Origin: Octopus sinensis | Lineage: Eukaryota | Assembly (NCBI RefSeq): GCF_006345805.1 | Contig: NC_043010.1 | Span: forward strand, 15,438,001 to 15,502,000 | Length of the DNA stretch: 64,000 bases | Direction of reading: 5' to 3' | In this document: positions 13,173 to 27,873 of the stretch, one piece after another | Numbering within the stretch: the first letter of the stretch is position 1 | Layout of the letters: each line of letters opens with the position of its first letter | Program-made: the position numbers and the translations under genes | The notes under the pieces: generated by a model | The model's database searches: none | What the model saw: the letters and a program-made list of their open reading frames with translations, nothing else | Told to the model about the DNA's origin: nothing

Positions 13173-14619
13173 TAATTCTTTTTATTGGCCACAAGGGCTG
13201 ACACACATGATTAGAAAACATAAAGGGATAAAACAGGACGAAAGGTTAAAAAGGGTTTTGTCCGTTTGTGAAAAATCCGAGTAAAAACAGTGTAACAATG
13301 AAATAATATAATAATAATAATAATAATGGTTTCAAATTTTGTCACAAGGGCAGCAACTTTGGGGAAGGGTTTAAGTTGATTTCAACAACCCCAGTATACA
13401 TCTGGTACTTATCAACCCTGAAAAGATGAAAGGGAAAGTTGACCTTGGCAGAATTTGAACTCAGAATGTCGTAGCAGAGGAGATAGCGCTAGCATTTTGC
13501 CCAACATGCTAATGATTCAGCCAGCTCACCACATCATCATTGTTTAACATCCGCTTTCCATGCTAGCATGGGTTGGACGGTTCAACTGGGGTGTGGGAAG
13601 CCAGGAGGCTGCACCAGGCTCCAGTCTGATCTGGCAGTGTTTCTACAGCTGGATGCCCTTCCTAACGCCAACCACTCCATGAGTGTAGTGGGTGCTTTTT
13701 ACGTGCCACTGACACAGGTGCCAGACGAGGCTAGCAGCGGCCACAATCGGATGGTGCATTTTACATGCCACCAGCTCGGACAACCTTAATAACAACAACA
13801 ACAACAACATCATCATCATCATCATCAATAATTCTTTCTACAATAAACATAAGGCCTGAAATTTTGGAAAACAGGGTATAGTTGATTATGCCAGCTGGTA
13901 CTTATTCTCCTGACCCCGAAAGAACAAAAAGAAAAGTAAGCCATGGTAGAATTTGAACTCAAAACGCACAGATGGACAAAATGCTGCTAATCTTTTCATC
14001 TGGAGTGCTAACAATTCTGCCAGCATGCTTCTTTAACGATGATAATAATGATGATCATCGAGGAGAATATTAATGAATGCCCCCCCCCCCCGGGGGTGGG
14101 GAATGGTTTTGGCAATAGCAATGATTTCTCTAGCCTTAATGCAAACCACAAATTTGTATCAGGACCGGAACGGTGAGAGAGAAACAACAACAACAACAGT
14201 GTCACAAACTGAAATAATTGTCGGCCTCTCTCCCAGACTCTTACGTTATTGGATACCATTTTTACTCAGGCCCCAGAGCAACGGCGAAAAACTGAGTTGG
14301 CTCTGGTGGAATTTGAACTTGGTTGATTTTTAGCATGGCTGGGTACCAACTTCTTGAGACGAAGTACAAGGTTATTACATACAGAATCAAACAGTATACA
14401 CATGTTGGGGCACATGCACATGTATACTAAAAAGAATTTGAATGTAAGGCGCAGGAGTGGCTGTGTGGTAAGTAGCTTGCTTACCAACACATGGTTCCGG
14501 GTTCAGTCCCACTGCGTGGCATCTTGGGCAAATGTCTTCTGCTGTAGCCCCGGGACGACCAATGCCTTGTGACTGGATCGGTAGGGAAGGGAAACTGAAA
14601 GAAACATGTCGCATATATG

Positions 14620-14651
<32 letters not shown>

Positions 14652-15337
14652 TATATATATATATATGTATGTGTGTTGGTGTGGTGTGTGTGTTCGTCCC
14701 CCTAGGATGCTTGACAACCGATGCTGGTGTGTTTACGTCCCTGTAACTTAGCGGTTCGGCAAAAGAGGACCGAAGAATAAGTACTGGGCTTACAAAATAA
14801 TAAGTCCCGGGGTCGATTTGCTCGACTAAAGGCGGTGCTCCAGCATGGCCGCAGTCAAAATGACTGAAACAAGGAAAAGAGTAAAAGAGAGTAAGAGTAA
14901 ACATTTTGGTACATTATGAATAGTAATCTCATAGTCTGTCCCTCTTTCTCTTTCTCATTCTCTCTCTCTCAGACAATAAAAGCAATAGTGATTATCAACA
15001 GTCAGGAAAATGAAGAATTTGGGTGGATGTTTCATACACAAGGAGATGGGTAGAGTGTTGCACACTCAGAACTGCCCCACAAGGATGAAAGGCCACTCAG
15101 ATCCCAAGGGAATATGAACTCACTAACTCTGGCCCCTCCAAATGCACACACACACACACAAACGACGATTATTTGTTTTCACTGCAACTGAAGGCCAATT
15201 TTTTTTAAATAGAGAGAGAGAGAGAGAGGAAACATAAACTGACCGCAGCATATTACTGGTACTTCATTTACCGACAGACCTAGGCAGACCCTCAAAATTG
15301 ATTTCAACTCAGAACCGAAGGAGACAAGAGCAAATAA

Positions 15338-15391
<54 letters not shown>

Positions 15392-15420
15392 TATATACAT
15401 ACATACATACATATATATAC

Positions 15421-15451
<31 letters not shown>

Positions 15452-15462
15452 CATATACATAC

Positions 15463-15497
<35 letters not shown>

Positions 15498-15504
15498 TAT
15501 ATAT

Positions 15505-15535
<31 letters not shown>

Positions 15536-16238
15536 CACACATACACACGTTCCTTTAGCCAGGCATATTTCTGTCTCAGCCATCTTCACCCCACTTATCA
15601 CCACCACAACCATGGCCACCACCACTGCTGCCATCCTATATCCACATCAGTGTATGCTTACACCTACCACCACTGCACCAGTTACATGCTTACCACCACC
15701 ACCACCACCACTACCACCGCCAACACCAACAGCAACACCACCACCACAACATGCTTCAAACCACCGCCTCCACTGTGTTCAGTTACTGTAATAGATAAAT
15801 AGGAGCATCTTGGCACCAGTCCAGCTGGCTGACTCTCATCACACACAGACAGATAGATATAACACACAGACACACAGATAGATATAACACACAGACATAC
15901 TTCTTTCCATTTAGTGTTGAGTTTGAAAGTGAGAGGAGAGAGAGGCAGCGGAGGAAAGGGACTTGGCTTGGTGCATAGCAGAGGAAAATATAGACCAATT
16001 CTACACACACACACACACACACACATTCTAAATGGATAGCAACTGAGACAAACAAAACCCCTTTCTTTTGTATATTTATACACTATAACCAGTGTGAGTA
16101 TATGTGTCTGTATGCATGTGTGTACATTATTCACAAATATATGCATGTGTATCATGTATATATATTATATATATATATATATATGTATGTATATATGTCT
16201 ATTATATGTATAATATATATATTCTATATATATGTCTA

Positions 16239-16280
<42 letters not shown>

Positions 16281-16414
16281 GTGTGTATATATATCTATAT
16301 ATATATATGTATGTATATACATATATTTGTGTGTGTATATATTATATAATATTATTATATATATATATATATATGTGTATATATATAATTATATATGTGT
16401 GTGGTGTGTGTATG

Positions 16415-16446
<32 letters not shown>

Positions 16447-16455
16447 TATATATGC

Positions 16456-16490
<35 letters not shown>

Positions 16491-18699
16491 AATAAAATAG
16501 AACATATGCATATATTAAACATATATGTACGTACCTACCTCTACATGTACATATACACGCATATATGTGTACAGGACACCAAAAAGACGTCGAACACATA
16601 GAGAGACGAAAAACATAGACACAACCAGGAACAAGACAAGCAAAAAAAGAGATACAGGACAATAAGCACAACGAAAAATCCCCTTCTTCAGTCGCTAAGG
16701 CTTCATCTACTAAACGTTTCGAAGGATAAAAGCGAGACGTATACTTCGAAGAAACTTCCTTCCTACGAAAAGCAAATCATTAAAATTCTGAGATCTTTTC
16801 GCAGAGGGGTAAAAAAGCAAGACGGTAACGACAGTACAAACATATAAACAGTAAAAAATATATATATAACAGTGGAAAATAAATATATAACATATATATA
16901 TGTATGTATACTATACATACATTTTGCAATCCCTGTAGCTTGTGTGTATGAAGAGATTTACAGTTTACAAGTTACAAATGAGATAAAAAGTACTCAATAC
17001 ATGTGTAAGAGTAGATGCTTCAGTCAGTTGCTATTTTGAGTTCCCTATCCTTGATAAATATGTGGGGATTTTTTTCATTCAGGCTGTGACCATGCAGCAG
17101 CAACCGCATTCTAGAGTACAGTTGTTTACAATGAAACTATTTGTCACACAACTCATTTCATTTATTGACCCTCAAACGTCGAAAAAAAAAAAGGCGCAGG
17201 AGTGGCTGTGTGGTAAGTAGCTTGCTTACCAACCACATGGTTCCGGGTTCAGTCCCACTGTGTGGCACCTTGGGCAAGTGTCTTCTACTATAGCCTCAGG
17301 CCGACCAAAGCCTTGTGAGTGGATTTGATAGACGGAAACTGAAAGAAGCCCGTCGTATATATGTATGTGTGTGTTTGTGTGTCTGTGTTTGTCCCCCCAA
17401 CATCGCTTGACAACCAATGCTGGTGTGTTTACGTCCCCCGTAACTTAGTGGTTCGGCAAAAGAGACCGATAGAATAAGTACTAGGCTTACAAAGAATATG
17501 TCCTGTGGTCGATTTCCTCGACTAAAGGCGGTGCTTCAGCATGGCCACAGTCAAATGACTGAAACAAGTAAGGGGGTCTTTACCTTTTTCCTTATTTCTA
17601 CTAGTCTCTTTGCTGAACCACTAAGTTATGGAGGGCACAAGCAAAACCAACACTGGCTGTCAAGTGTTTGACAGGCAGGACAAACCCAAAAACAACACAC
17701 ACATACACATATATGATGAGCACTTTCACAGTTTTCATCTGCCAGATTCATTCATAGAGCACTGGCCAACCTTTATATAAATACTCTGATTACAGCAAAA
17801 ACACTGCAGTTCCATAAGAACACTGCAGTGTTTTAAAGTAAAAACACATGGAAAACTGCTGAGCAATGTAATGTTTTAGAAACATACTTGCCTCAGCTTG
17901 CGAAGACCTGTTGAGGCAAGCGAAATTGGAATCGAAATCGAAACCGCTCAAGAATCAATGGAAATTGTAGTTGTGATACCAGAGCTGGTGGCATGTAAAA
18001 AGCACCATCCGAACAAGGCTGTTGCCAGCGCCGCCCCGACTGGCCTCTGTGCCGGTGGCACGTAAAAAAGCACCAACCAATTGTGGCCGTTGCCAGCCTC
18101 GCCTGGCACCGTGCCGGCGGCACATAAAAAGCACCCACTATACTCACGGAGTGGTTGGCATTAGGAAGGGCATCCAGCCGTAGAAACATTGCCATATCAG
18201 ACTGGAGCCTGGTGCAGCCTCCTGGCTTCCCAGACCCCAGTCGAACCGTCCAACCCATGCTAGCATGGAAAGCGGATGTTAAACGATGAGGATGATGATG
18301 ATGATACATACACATATTACTGTGTAAGAAAAAGTGTTTCACAATCAATACAAAGAAGGAAATAAATGAGCTGGACAGAGTTAACGGCACAGCACTTTGC
18401 ATAAATGCTTTCTACTTTAGGCCCAAGTCAACCAAAATTCTGTGGGCATAACTGGCAGATGGAAACTGAGAGTCCCCCATCCAACCCATGCCAACATGGA
18501 AAACGGCTGTTAAATGATGATGATGATGATATCTATCACGTGGTCGCACATGTTGATCCTGGCATTTCTTACCACATGAACTTCTCCACTGGACCTTCTA
18601 TCTACCCTTTACGGATTCTCTTTTGGACATTTACCCTCCGGCTGCACCTCTCCTACCTACGGATCACTGTGGACGCTACTCTCTCTCTCTCTCTCTCCT

Positions 18700-18739
<40 letters not shown>

Positions 18740-19559
18740 CACACACATATATATATATAGATGCAGGTATGGCTGTGTGGTAAGAAGCTTGCTTACCACA
18801 TACATGGTTCCGGGTTATGGCCCACTGTGTGACACCAGGGACAAGTATCTCCTACTATAAACTCAGGCTGACCAAAGCCTCGTGAGTGGATCAGGCGCAG
18901 GTGTGACCGTGTGGCAAGAAGCTTGCTTCCCAACCACATGGTTCTGGGTTCAGTCCCACAGTGTGTCACCTTGGGCAAGTGCCTTCTACTATAGCCTCGG
19001 GTCAACCAAATCCTTGTGAGTGGATTTGGTAGAAGGAAACTGAAAGAAGCCTGCTCTGTGTGTGTGTGTGTGTATACTAAATAATATTGTGTATGCTAAT
19101 GTGTTTGGCCTCCACCCCCACATCACAACTGGCATTGGTGTGTTTATGGTCCTGTAATTTAGCAGTTCAGAAGAACAGAGTCCAACAGAATAAGTAACAG
19201 GCTTAAAAATAAGTCCTGGGGTCAATTTGTTTAACTAAAAAAACCCACACAATGGTGCCCCAGCATGGCCACAGTCAAATGACTGAAACAAATAGAAGAT
19301 AAGTTATTTTTACATGCTAATTTTGAAAATTACTATTTTTTATAGAAATTTGTAATTCAGGAAGCTTTTAAAACCCTTATAGCATTCAGGTGATTCTGTC
19401 AAATGTAACGCTTATTTATTCCCATTGTGCATGGCTGAATGATGCACAATCAGGAGGAAGTGAGTTCGATTCCCGAACCAGGCTGCGTGTTGTGTGCTCT
19501 TGAGCAAGACACTTTATTTTCACGTTGTTCCACTTCATCATTGTTTGACCGTGGTTGAG

Positions 19560-19760
19560 TCAATGGAATTTACCACACTACGCCAGACTTCATGGTCCCT
19601 CATAGCATTACGGAGGGTAGGAGAGTGTGCGCCCTCTGGTATCGTGAGTAGATGGCTTCCAGAGGAGAAGAGTAGAAATTACTTCTTTTTCAGCTTTACA
19701 ACAATGTCCAGCAAACTGGACTCTCCTACCTTTCTCAAGAGATGACACAGGTGGTAGTTT
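19560..19760 (-). mobile_element. Probable RTE-type LINE ORF C-terminal remnant
   Basis: The minus frame reads ...GAHSPTLRNAMRDHEVWRSVVNSI with an upstream stop, reminiscent of RTE ORF C-termini. Recognised by eye only. Confidence 0.4.
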
Positions 19761-20821
19761 CCCATATATTTGTACTTTGGTTAGATGACGCTTCCACGAG
19801 AGATTCTGAGCTCTCAGAAGGAGGCGAGTGTAGGCTCCACTTCACTCAGCTGTAGAAATGACTTGTGACATCCTCACTGGCGCGAGCTGTATCCACCTTT
19901 CTCTTTCCCTTGGATAACATCGGTGGCATGAAGAGTAGGGGGGGAGGATACGCATGGATGACTGCTGGTCTTCCACAAACAACCTTGCTTGGACTTGTGC
20001 CTCAGTGGGTAACTTTCTAGGTGCCTATGGTCATTCATGACCGAAGGGGGTCTTTACCTTGAATTAATCATGCATTAATTATTAGCATGTTGCTTCAAGA
20101 TTTCAATTATGTGATTCTTTTATTCTTTTATTTGTTTAAGTCATTTGACTACGGCCATACTAGAGCACCGCCTTTAGTCGAGCAAACTGACTAATTCTTT
20201 GTAAGCCTGGTACTTATTCTATCAGTTGTTAAGCAATGTTGGCAGGACAAACACAGACACACAAACATATACATCTATATATATATACGTATATATATAT
20301 GTATATATATATATATTATATATACACGACGGGCTTCTTTCAGTTTCCGTCTACCAAATCCACTCGCAAGGCTTTGGTCGGCCCGAGGCTATAGTAGAAG
20401 ATACTTGCTCAAGGCGCCACGCGGTGGGACTGAACCCGGAACCATGTGGTTGGTAAGCAAGCTATTTTACCACACAGCCACTTCTGCACCTGATTGGATA
20501 TTCTTTGAGAAAAACATTGTAGGACATGTGTGAGATCTGGTTCAAACTGGAGGACTGACCTAGGGTTAAACAACAACAAAACTATCTATACCACTACTAT
20601 TATTAGAATTATGCGATGATGCTCATAGCCTTGCATGTATCACCACGACCACAGTAACAAAACCGCCCCTACACCACCTCATCTACCAGACAATTGTAGT
20701 AGTAGTAGTAGTAGTAGTGTAGACCCTTTTTGTTGTTTAAACCCCAGGGCTGGCCACTATCCAATAGTTACTTAAGAGACGTTTCTCTGCTACTTCTAGC
20801 AAAGTCGGTTGAACATACTTC

Positions 20822-21229
20822 GGATCTTTTCGGTTTGAACGGCAGTTTTTTCTAGCGGTGTCATATGAAATTGTCACCCATAATTATGACCCTAGTATCG
20901 ATCTATTGCATTTCAATCTCTTTTAGGGTTAGGGTTGGGGGGAAGGGTATCTTTTTTCTTCACAAATGTAAATAAACCGAATCTGTTTCTTAAACGAGGG
21001 ACATATTCATACGGGACAGAATGCTTTTTAACTCAATAGACGTCATTGATTGGTTGAAATTGCAGAAATTGAAGAAAAAACAACAAATATCTTACAAAAC
21101 TCTAGAATTTTCTCAATAAATCCAAGAGAAAGTGTTTTATAAACACATTCTACCAGTATACGAAGTTTAAAAATTTTTTAGTTACCTAGAAATTATTTTT
21201 AAAAACTGCCGTTTAAACCGAAAAGATCC
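20822..21229. mobile_element. ~408-bp GGATC-TIR MITE with a perfect 8-bp TSD (catacttc)
   Basis: TIRs as at 10403. TSD at 20814-20821 and 21230-21237. Confidence 0.9.
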
Positions 21230-21671
21230 CATACTTCACAGTAAGACCGCTATCTGTAGGAACTTTAGCTGCTATTTCTAATTATATTATAGATCTTTAT
21301 AAGTTCTCTAACGACTATACGGAGATCCTTTGCTATGGAAACACATGGCAATTCCGACTTCCGGCGCGTCGAGACTGGCTGCTGGCTACGTCGTCTGATT
21401 GGTTGAAATTCCAAGGGAATGGGAAAGAGAGAGTGAGAGAGCTTAGTAACTTTTTAATTACTAATTCCTAAGAAGAAAAAAAAAAAAGAAGAAAAAGTTT
21501 GGATTTATCGCAATTAACATGAAAGACTCCGTCCGAATAGCATAATCGCTATAGAAAAGGTATTTATTTATTCCAAATCGAAAAGATTTGCCATCAATTT
21601 TGAGGACGGAATGGATTGATTAGCTGATTATTACTTTGAACCCCCTAGTATATGACTGGTATTTTAACAAT

Positions 21672-22279
21672 GAAGGCGACGAGCTGGCAGAAACGTTAGC
21701 AAGCCGGGCGAAATGCTTTGCAGTATTTCGTCTGCCGTTACGTTGTAAGTTCAAATTCCGCCAAGGTCGACTTTGCCTTTCATCCTTCCGGCGTCGATAA
21801 ATTAAGTCTCAGTTACACACTGGGGTCGATGTAATCGACTTAATACCTATGTCTGTCCTTGTTTGTCCCCCTCTATGTTTAGCCCCTTGTGGGCAATAAA
21901 GAAATAGATATTTCGTCTACCTTTACGTTCTGAGTTCAAATTCCGCCGAGGTCAACTTTGCCTTTCATCCTTTCGGCGTCGATAAATTAAGTACCAGTTA
22001 CGCACTGGGGTCGATGTAATCGACTTAATACCTATGTCTGTCCTTGTTTGTCCCCCTCTATGTTTAGCCCCTTGTGGGCAATAAAGAAATAGGTATTTCG
22101 TCTACCTTTACGTTCTGAGTTCAAATTCCGCCGAGGTCAACTTTGCCTTTCATCCTTTCGGCGTCGATAAATTAAGTACCAGTTACGCACTGGGGTCGAT
22201 GTAATCGACTTAATACCTATGTCTGTCCTTGTTTGTCCCCCCTCTGTGTTTAGCCCCTTGTGGGTAATAAAGAAATAGG
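21672..22279 (+). mobile_element. SINE family B trimer (one full head plus two headless ~185-bp units), nested in an older minus-strand B copy
   Basis: Units restart at tatttcgtc (21909 and 22094). A single TSD attttaacaat flanks the whole array (21661-21671 and 22281-22291). Confidence 0.88.
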
Positions 22280-24187
22280 CATTTTAACAATCCCGGAAGG
22301 GTGAAAGGCAAAGTGTGTGTGTGTGTGTGTGTACCTCGGCGGAATTTGAACTCAGAACAAGAGCCCAGAACAAGTAAATAATACAAGATATTTTTTTCCC
22401 CGACGCTTTTAACGATTCTGCCAGCTCAAGCACAGCCACCACGTCTAACCCTCGACGCCACCCGATTCCAACCCACTTTTGAAGGAAGTGGAACAGTAGG
22501 ATTATATCAAACTCTAGCACACACGCACACACACACACACACATATATATATTTGACTGGCATTTAGAAATTTTCGAAGCACTCAGGAAATACGAAAGAC
22601 AAGTAGAAGCAGAATTCGACGGATAGAGAAAGAAATTAAATTAAAATTCACTCCCCCCCCGCACCCACCCATCTACCCGGGCTCCCAAGTACATTACTGG
22701 TACTTACTTTCAAGAACCATTGCCGATCCCCCGGAAGATGAAAGGACGAAAGCCAGCGGGGGGTGAGGAGCGAAGTAACCACACCAAACAGTAAGAAACT
22801 TTAAAAAAAATATCGAGTCAACAAGGGAGCGCTTATGAGGTCGCTCAACATGCTAGAAATAACAACCAAATCTCCCTACAACCGCCATGAAAAAAAAATT
22901 TTTTTTTTTGCTACAAAATGTGATGGGTATTGTTGGAATGTCTTCTATAATAAAAAATAGGTCAGCATGACCAGGGTTGACCTAGGGCTAAACAAACAAA
23001 AAAAAAAGCATTAACCACATTTCACCCTACCCTCGCTTCCACCCTACTCAAAGTCTCTCTCTCTTTCACCCCATCTCCAAAGAAGGCACACATACACACA
23101 CCTCTCTATATACCTACATCACTGCGGCAACAGCTATATACACCGCCGCCGCCGACGCCGCCACTTTTTGCTTCTCAAACTATCCCAACTATCAGCATCA
23201 TCATCATCACAATATTAACACATACAAGCACCACCGCCAACTAATACGCTACTCTCAACACCAAACTATCCCTAAGCTAACCGACCAACCAACCAACCAA
23301 CCAACCAGCCAGCCAGCCAGCTCGCCCGCCAACCGCCCACCCACCCATCCATCCATCAACCCACCACCACACCACCACCTCTACCTCTACCACCACCAGC
23401 AACAACAGCAGCCAAGAGCTTCCAGAGAGCCAATGTGGCACCAATAGCTATCACAGAAACTAGACTGTCAGGAGCCTATGGCACTAGGGGAGGGAGAGAG
23501 AGAGAAGGAAAGAAAGGAAAAGAACGAGAGAGAGAGTGGGGTTCCTCTCACCACACACAAACAACATTTAGACAGACCTTTCGTATATACATACACGCAC
23601 ACCTTACACAAAAATAAATACGGTTGCGTGTATATATATATATATATACGTGAGCGTGTGTGCGCATTCGTGTGTATATATTCTTTGCATTACGTATATA
23701 ATACCCTACACACATTATATGAATTTCACGGAACTGGTTATGGCACTCTACTCCCCATATATATATATATATATATATACATACATACTCTTTTTACTCT
23801 TTTACTTGTTTCAGTCATTTGACTGCGGCTATGCTGGAGCACCGCCTTTAGTCGAGCAAATAAACCCCGGGACTTATTCTTTTGTAAGCCCAGTACTTAT
23901 TCTATCGGTCTCTAAGTAACGGGGACATAAACACACCAGCATCGGTTGTCAAGCAATACTAGGGAGACACACACAGACACACAAACACACACATACATAA
24001 ACATACATATATACGACAGGCTTCTTTCAGTTTCCGTCTACAAAATTCACTCACAAGGCTTTGGTCGGCTATAGTAGAAGACACTTGCCCAAGGTGCCAC
24101 GCAGTGGGACTGAACCCGGAACTATGTAGTTGGTAAGCAAGCTACTTACCACACAGCCACTCCTACGCCTATATACATATATATATA

Positions 24188-24383
24188 TGAGGGGGTGTTG
24201 AAAAGTTCCTGGCTTTGGGTAAAAGAAAATACAGGAGCATCAGTTAATTATGATTTTATTGAACATATTCTCTTCTCAGATTCACACACTTATTGCAGCG
24301 GTCCTTCAGTTTTTCTAAGCCCTGTCAAAAGAATCCGGAAGGTTCGCGACACCCTTAAGGCCAGGAACTTTTCAAACACCCGC
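24188..24383. mobile_element. Tc1/mariner-type MITE with TA TSD
   Basis: ta|tgagggggtgttgaaaagttcctggc ... gccaggaacttttcaaacacccgc|ta. Confidence 0.75.
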
Positions 24384-25698
24384 TAGGTATATACACACAC
24401 ACATAAATGTATATACACACATATACGTAGAAGACACAGGATGAGAGAGATAAACAAGTTGCAGAGGAACCAACACACACGTTTGTATAGTAATACGGAC
24501 CATATACTTACACACATAACTAACCATATACACAATAAGCAACTTCCACACACATGCACGGAAACAGAGATACCCTTAACGTGGTCGACTGATATACTAG
24601 AAACAGCAGCCAAATCACACTCAATATGGATAATGCATTCTGGAGCTGAAATACACCGTAAAGCAGGGTTGTCACTACAGGAATGCATTTTAGTTATGAA
24701 TCTGCTCAATCGAGGTTCGACTTGGGACCAAACTACAGCATAGACGCACAAAGAGGAAGCTTGTATGTGGTCGCACGACCTGCTAAAAATAGCAGTTAAA
24801 CAGGCATCAAGCCATGCGCCCGGCCGTCTAAGAAATAGGGACAAGAATATATATCTCTTACTCTTTACTCTTTTACTCGTTTCAGTCATTTTGACTGCGG
24901 CCATGCTGGAGCACCGCCTTTAGTCGACCCCGGGACTTATTCTTTGTAAGCCCAGTACTTATTCTATCGGTCTCTTTTGCCGAACCGCTAAGTAACGGGG
25001 ACATAAACACACCAGCATCGGTTGTCAAGCAATGCTAGGGGGACAAACACAGACACACAAACATACACGCACACACACACATATACATATATATATATAT
25101 ATATATATACGACGGGCTTCTTTCAGTTTCCGTCTACCAAATCCACTCACGAGGCTTTGGTCGGCCCGAGGCTATAGTAGAAGACACTTGCCCAAGGTGC
25201 CACGCAGTGAGACTGAACCCGGAACCATGTGGTTGGTAAATAAGCTACTTACTACACAGCCACTCCTGCGCCCGTATATATATAGGATAATGTTTGTCCC
25301 GATGTATCCTTCAAGAAGGCAAGAAGATGACGGTTGAAATGTCTTAGGGTATATAATACGTAGGTCTGTTCAATCTGGGTCCAACCGGGTCAAAACTCCA
25401 ATGAAACCCCACCAACTTAAATGAAAGAGGATACATACTGATCCAAAGGCCCCCAATAATACAAAAAAAAAAAAAAGGCAAGGCGGTCGCTGATGGGACG
25501 CCTTCGACCGCAGGGCCTGCTTGATCAAAGCTGTATTGGCACTTAACAATTTTATAATTGTTTCATACCATATATACACTGGGTTTGTATGCTGGCGACC
25601 CAATGGGTTTGTGTGCTGGAGACCCGAGTGCGATTCCTGACATCGGAACGTTTATTTTTCAAAGCGGTGCCGTATCATGGCCGCAACCCAAAGGCATA

Positions 25699-25734
<36 letters not shown>

Positions 25735-26504
25735 TATCACCGTGACCGACCAGGCTATCAGATGTTGCTACACATCGCTGGTCACAATGCGCTTCACATT
25801 GTTTTAGCCTTCAAATGACGCCACCTCGCTGGCCAATATATATATATATAATCATCATCGTTTAACGTCCGTTTTCCGCGCTAGCACGGGTTGGACGGTT
25901 CGACCGGGGTCTGGGAAGCCAGGGGCTGCACCAGACTCCAGTCTGATCTGGCAGTGTTTCTACAGCTGGATGCCCTTCCTAACGCCAACCACTCCGCGAG
26001 TGTAGTGGGTGCTTTTTACGTGCCACCGGCACAGGTGCCAGGGGGGTGTGGCATCGGCCACGATCGGTTGGTGCTTTTTACGTGCCACCGGCACATACAC
26101 ACACATAGACGTAGGGATAGTGGGAAAGAGCGAATCGGAGCAACACTACACACACACACACACACACACACGCAAGCAAGCAAAGCCGGTACGGGTGGTG
26201 GCGGTGGCGCAGCGGCCCTCGGACTGCCGGTTGTCCTTCACAACGTTTAAGGCACGCGTAATGCCATGATTATATAATTTGTAACACAATCTTTCGGTCC
26301 GACTCAAGTTAATTTGAACAATTTCTTCTCCACCCCCCCCCTTTCGCTCTCATTTTACTCCACGCTTTTGTCTAATCAAATTCCTATAATTTGCTTAGTC
26401 GCGTAATAATATACGCTGTGTACTCTGCATTTACATGGGATGTTTGTTAAATTAGTCTACGAAGTGGTGTGGCCCAATTTATGAAACAAAAACCCCTCCT
26501 AGTA

Positions 26505-26546
<42 letters not shown>

Positions 26547-26887
26547 ATTAGTCTTCTGTAATGAAGGCCACATCAAATAACGAGGGTGCGAGGCGGCGCC
26601 CCTTGGAAAATTGGATTCATTTGGTCGTGGATGGAAGTGAAGTGGTTCTTCTCTCTCATTCGAGACTCTGTCCCAAGGCTAAGGAAGAAGAAGAAGAAAG
26701 GACAAAAAAGGGAAAAAGAAAAACCGACACAACATTTAGAGTAAATAAGTTGTACACATGCATTCATAACACACAATGCAATGAGAAAGAGAACGGGAGA
26801 CCCTACACACATACACACACACACACACACACGAACAGACATACAGAGAAGACTAAAAAGCCTAAGCTCCATTAGGTATGAAGGGTG

Positions 26888-26936
<49 letters not shown>

Positions 26937-27873
26937 GTATAGGCCGTTGTTGGATATCGTAAGCTAAACGAGGGAAGGTATACAGAGCAGAACGAGGTAT
27001 AGAGGTAAAGCGGTAGATAGAGAGAGCGAGCGAGAGAAAAAAGAAAGAGATAGACAGATAGATAGAGTAAGAGAAGAATGACAGAGAGAGAGAGAGAGAG
27101 AGAGAGAGTAGTAAATGAAATACCCAGCAAGAGAGAGAGAGAGAGAGCATAAAAATAGGATAAGAAGAATGACTGGGAAAAAAGTATCCAGTGCAAATAG
27201 ATAGCTAAACACACACACACACAGTTTATACACTACAGGGTGAAAGAAAAAGAAAAAGAAACAAAACAAGAGGATTGGCATACAAGGTAGAACTTTATAC
27301 ATACACGTATATATATAAATACAGACACGCACGCACACACACCGCACGGATGCAATGTATACAACACAGAGAAATGTTTGTTTGGTGGAGACTTCTTTTC
27401 TTCTCTTCTGTTCTGCTCCTTCCTCTCTCTCTCTCTCCACACCTATTGTCTCATTTAATAAAAGCAAGACAAGCATTTAAATATTATATAGAAATGTCTT
27501 AAACGCTGTCTTATTCCTGGGACACCTGATACATCATCGTACGTACGGTGGTGGCAGGAAAGACAAGGGCGGGAAGAGGAAGGAGAAGCGGCAGGTAATT
27601 TGTAGTTAAGCAAAAAAGAGAGGGAGAGAAAGACAGAGAAGCAACAAGACAAAAGTAGAGTTTCACATACATACACACACACGGTTTCCAATCGGTGCGT
27701 CGCAAAAATAATCATTTCTTACTATAAGGCACACAAGAGCCCCCGGTACTCATTTTCATCGACTCCGAAAGGGGTTGAATAGCGAGGTCGACCTCGGCGG
27801 TATTTGAACTCAGAACGTAAAGACGGACAAAACACTGCTAAGCATTTTGTCCGGCCTGCTATGACGATCCTTT

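Noticed and set aside
20920-20945. ttagggttaggg as an interstitial telomere
   Set aside because: It is only about two units and is a fixed internal part of the GGATC MITE.
27535-27570. FLPPPYVR on the minus strand as an alternative PY-motif exon
   Set aside because: There is no suitable AG acceptor in frame and a stop codon follows immediately.
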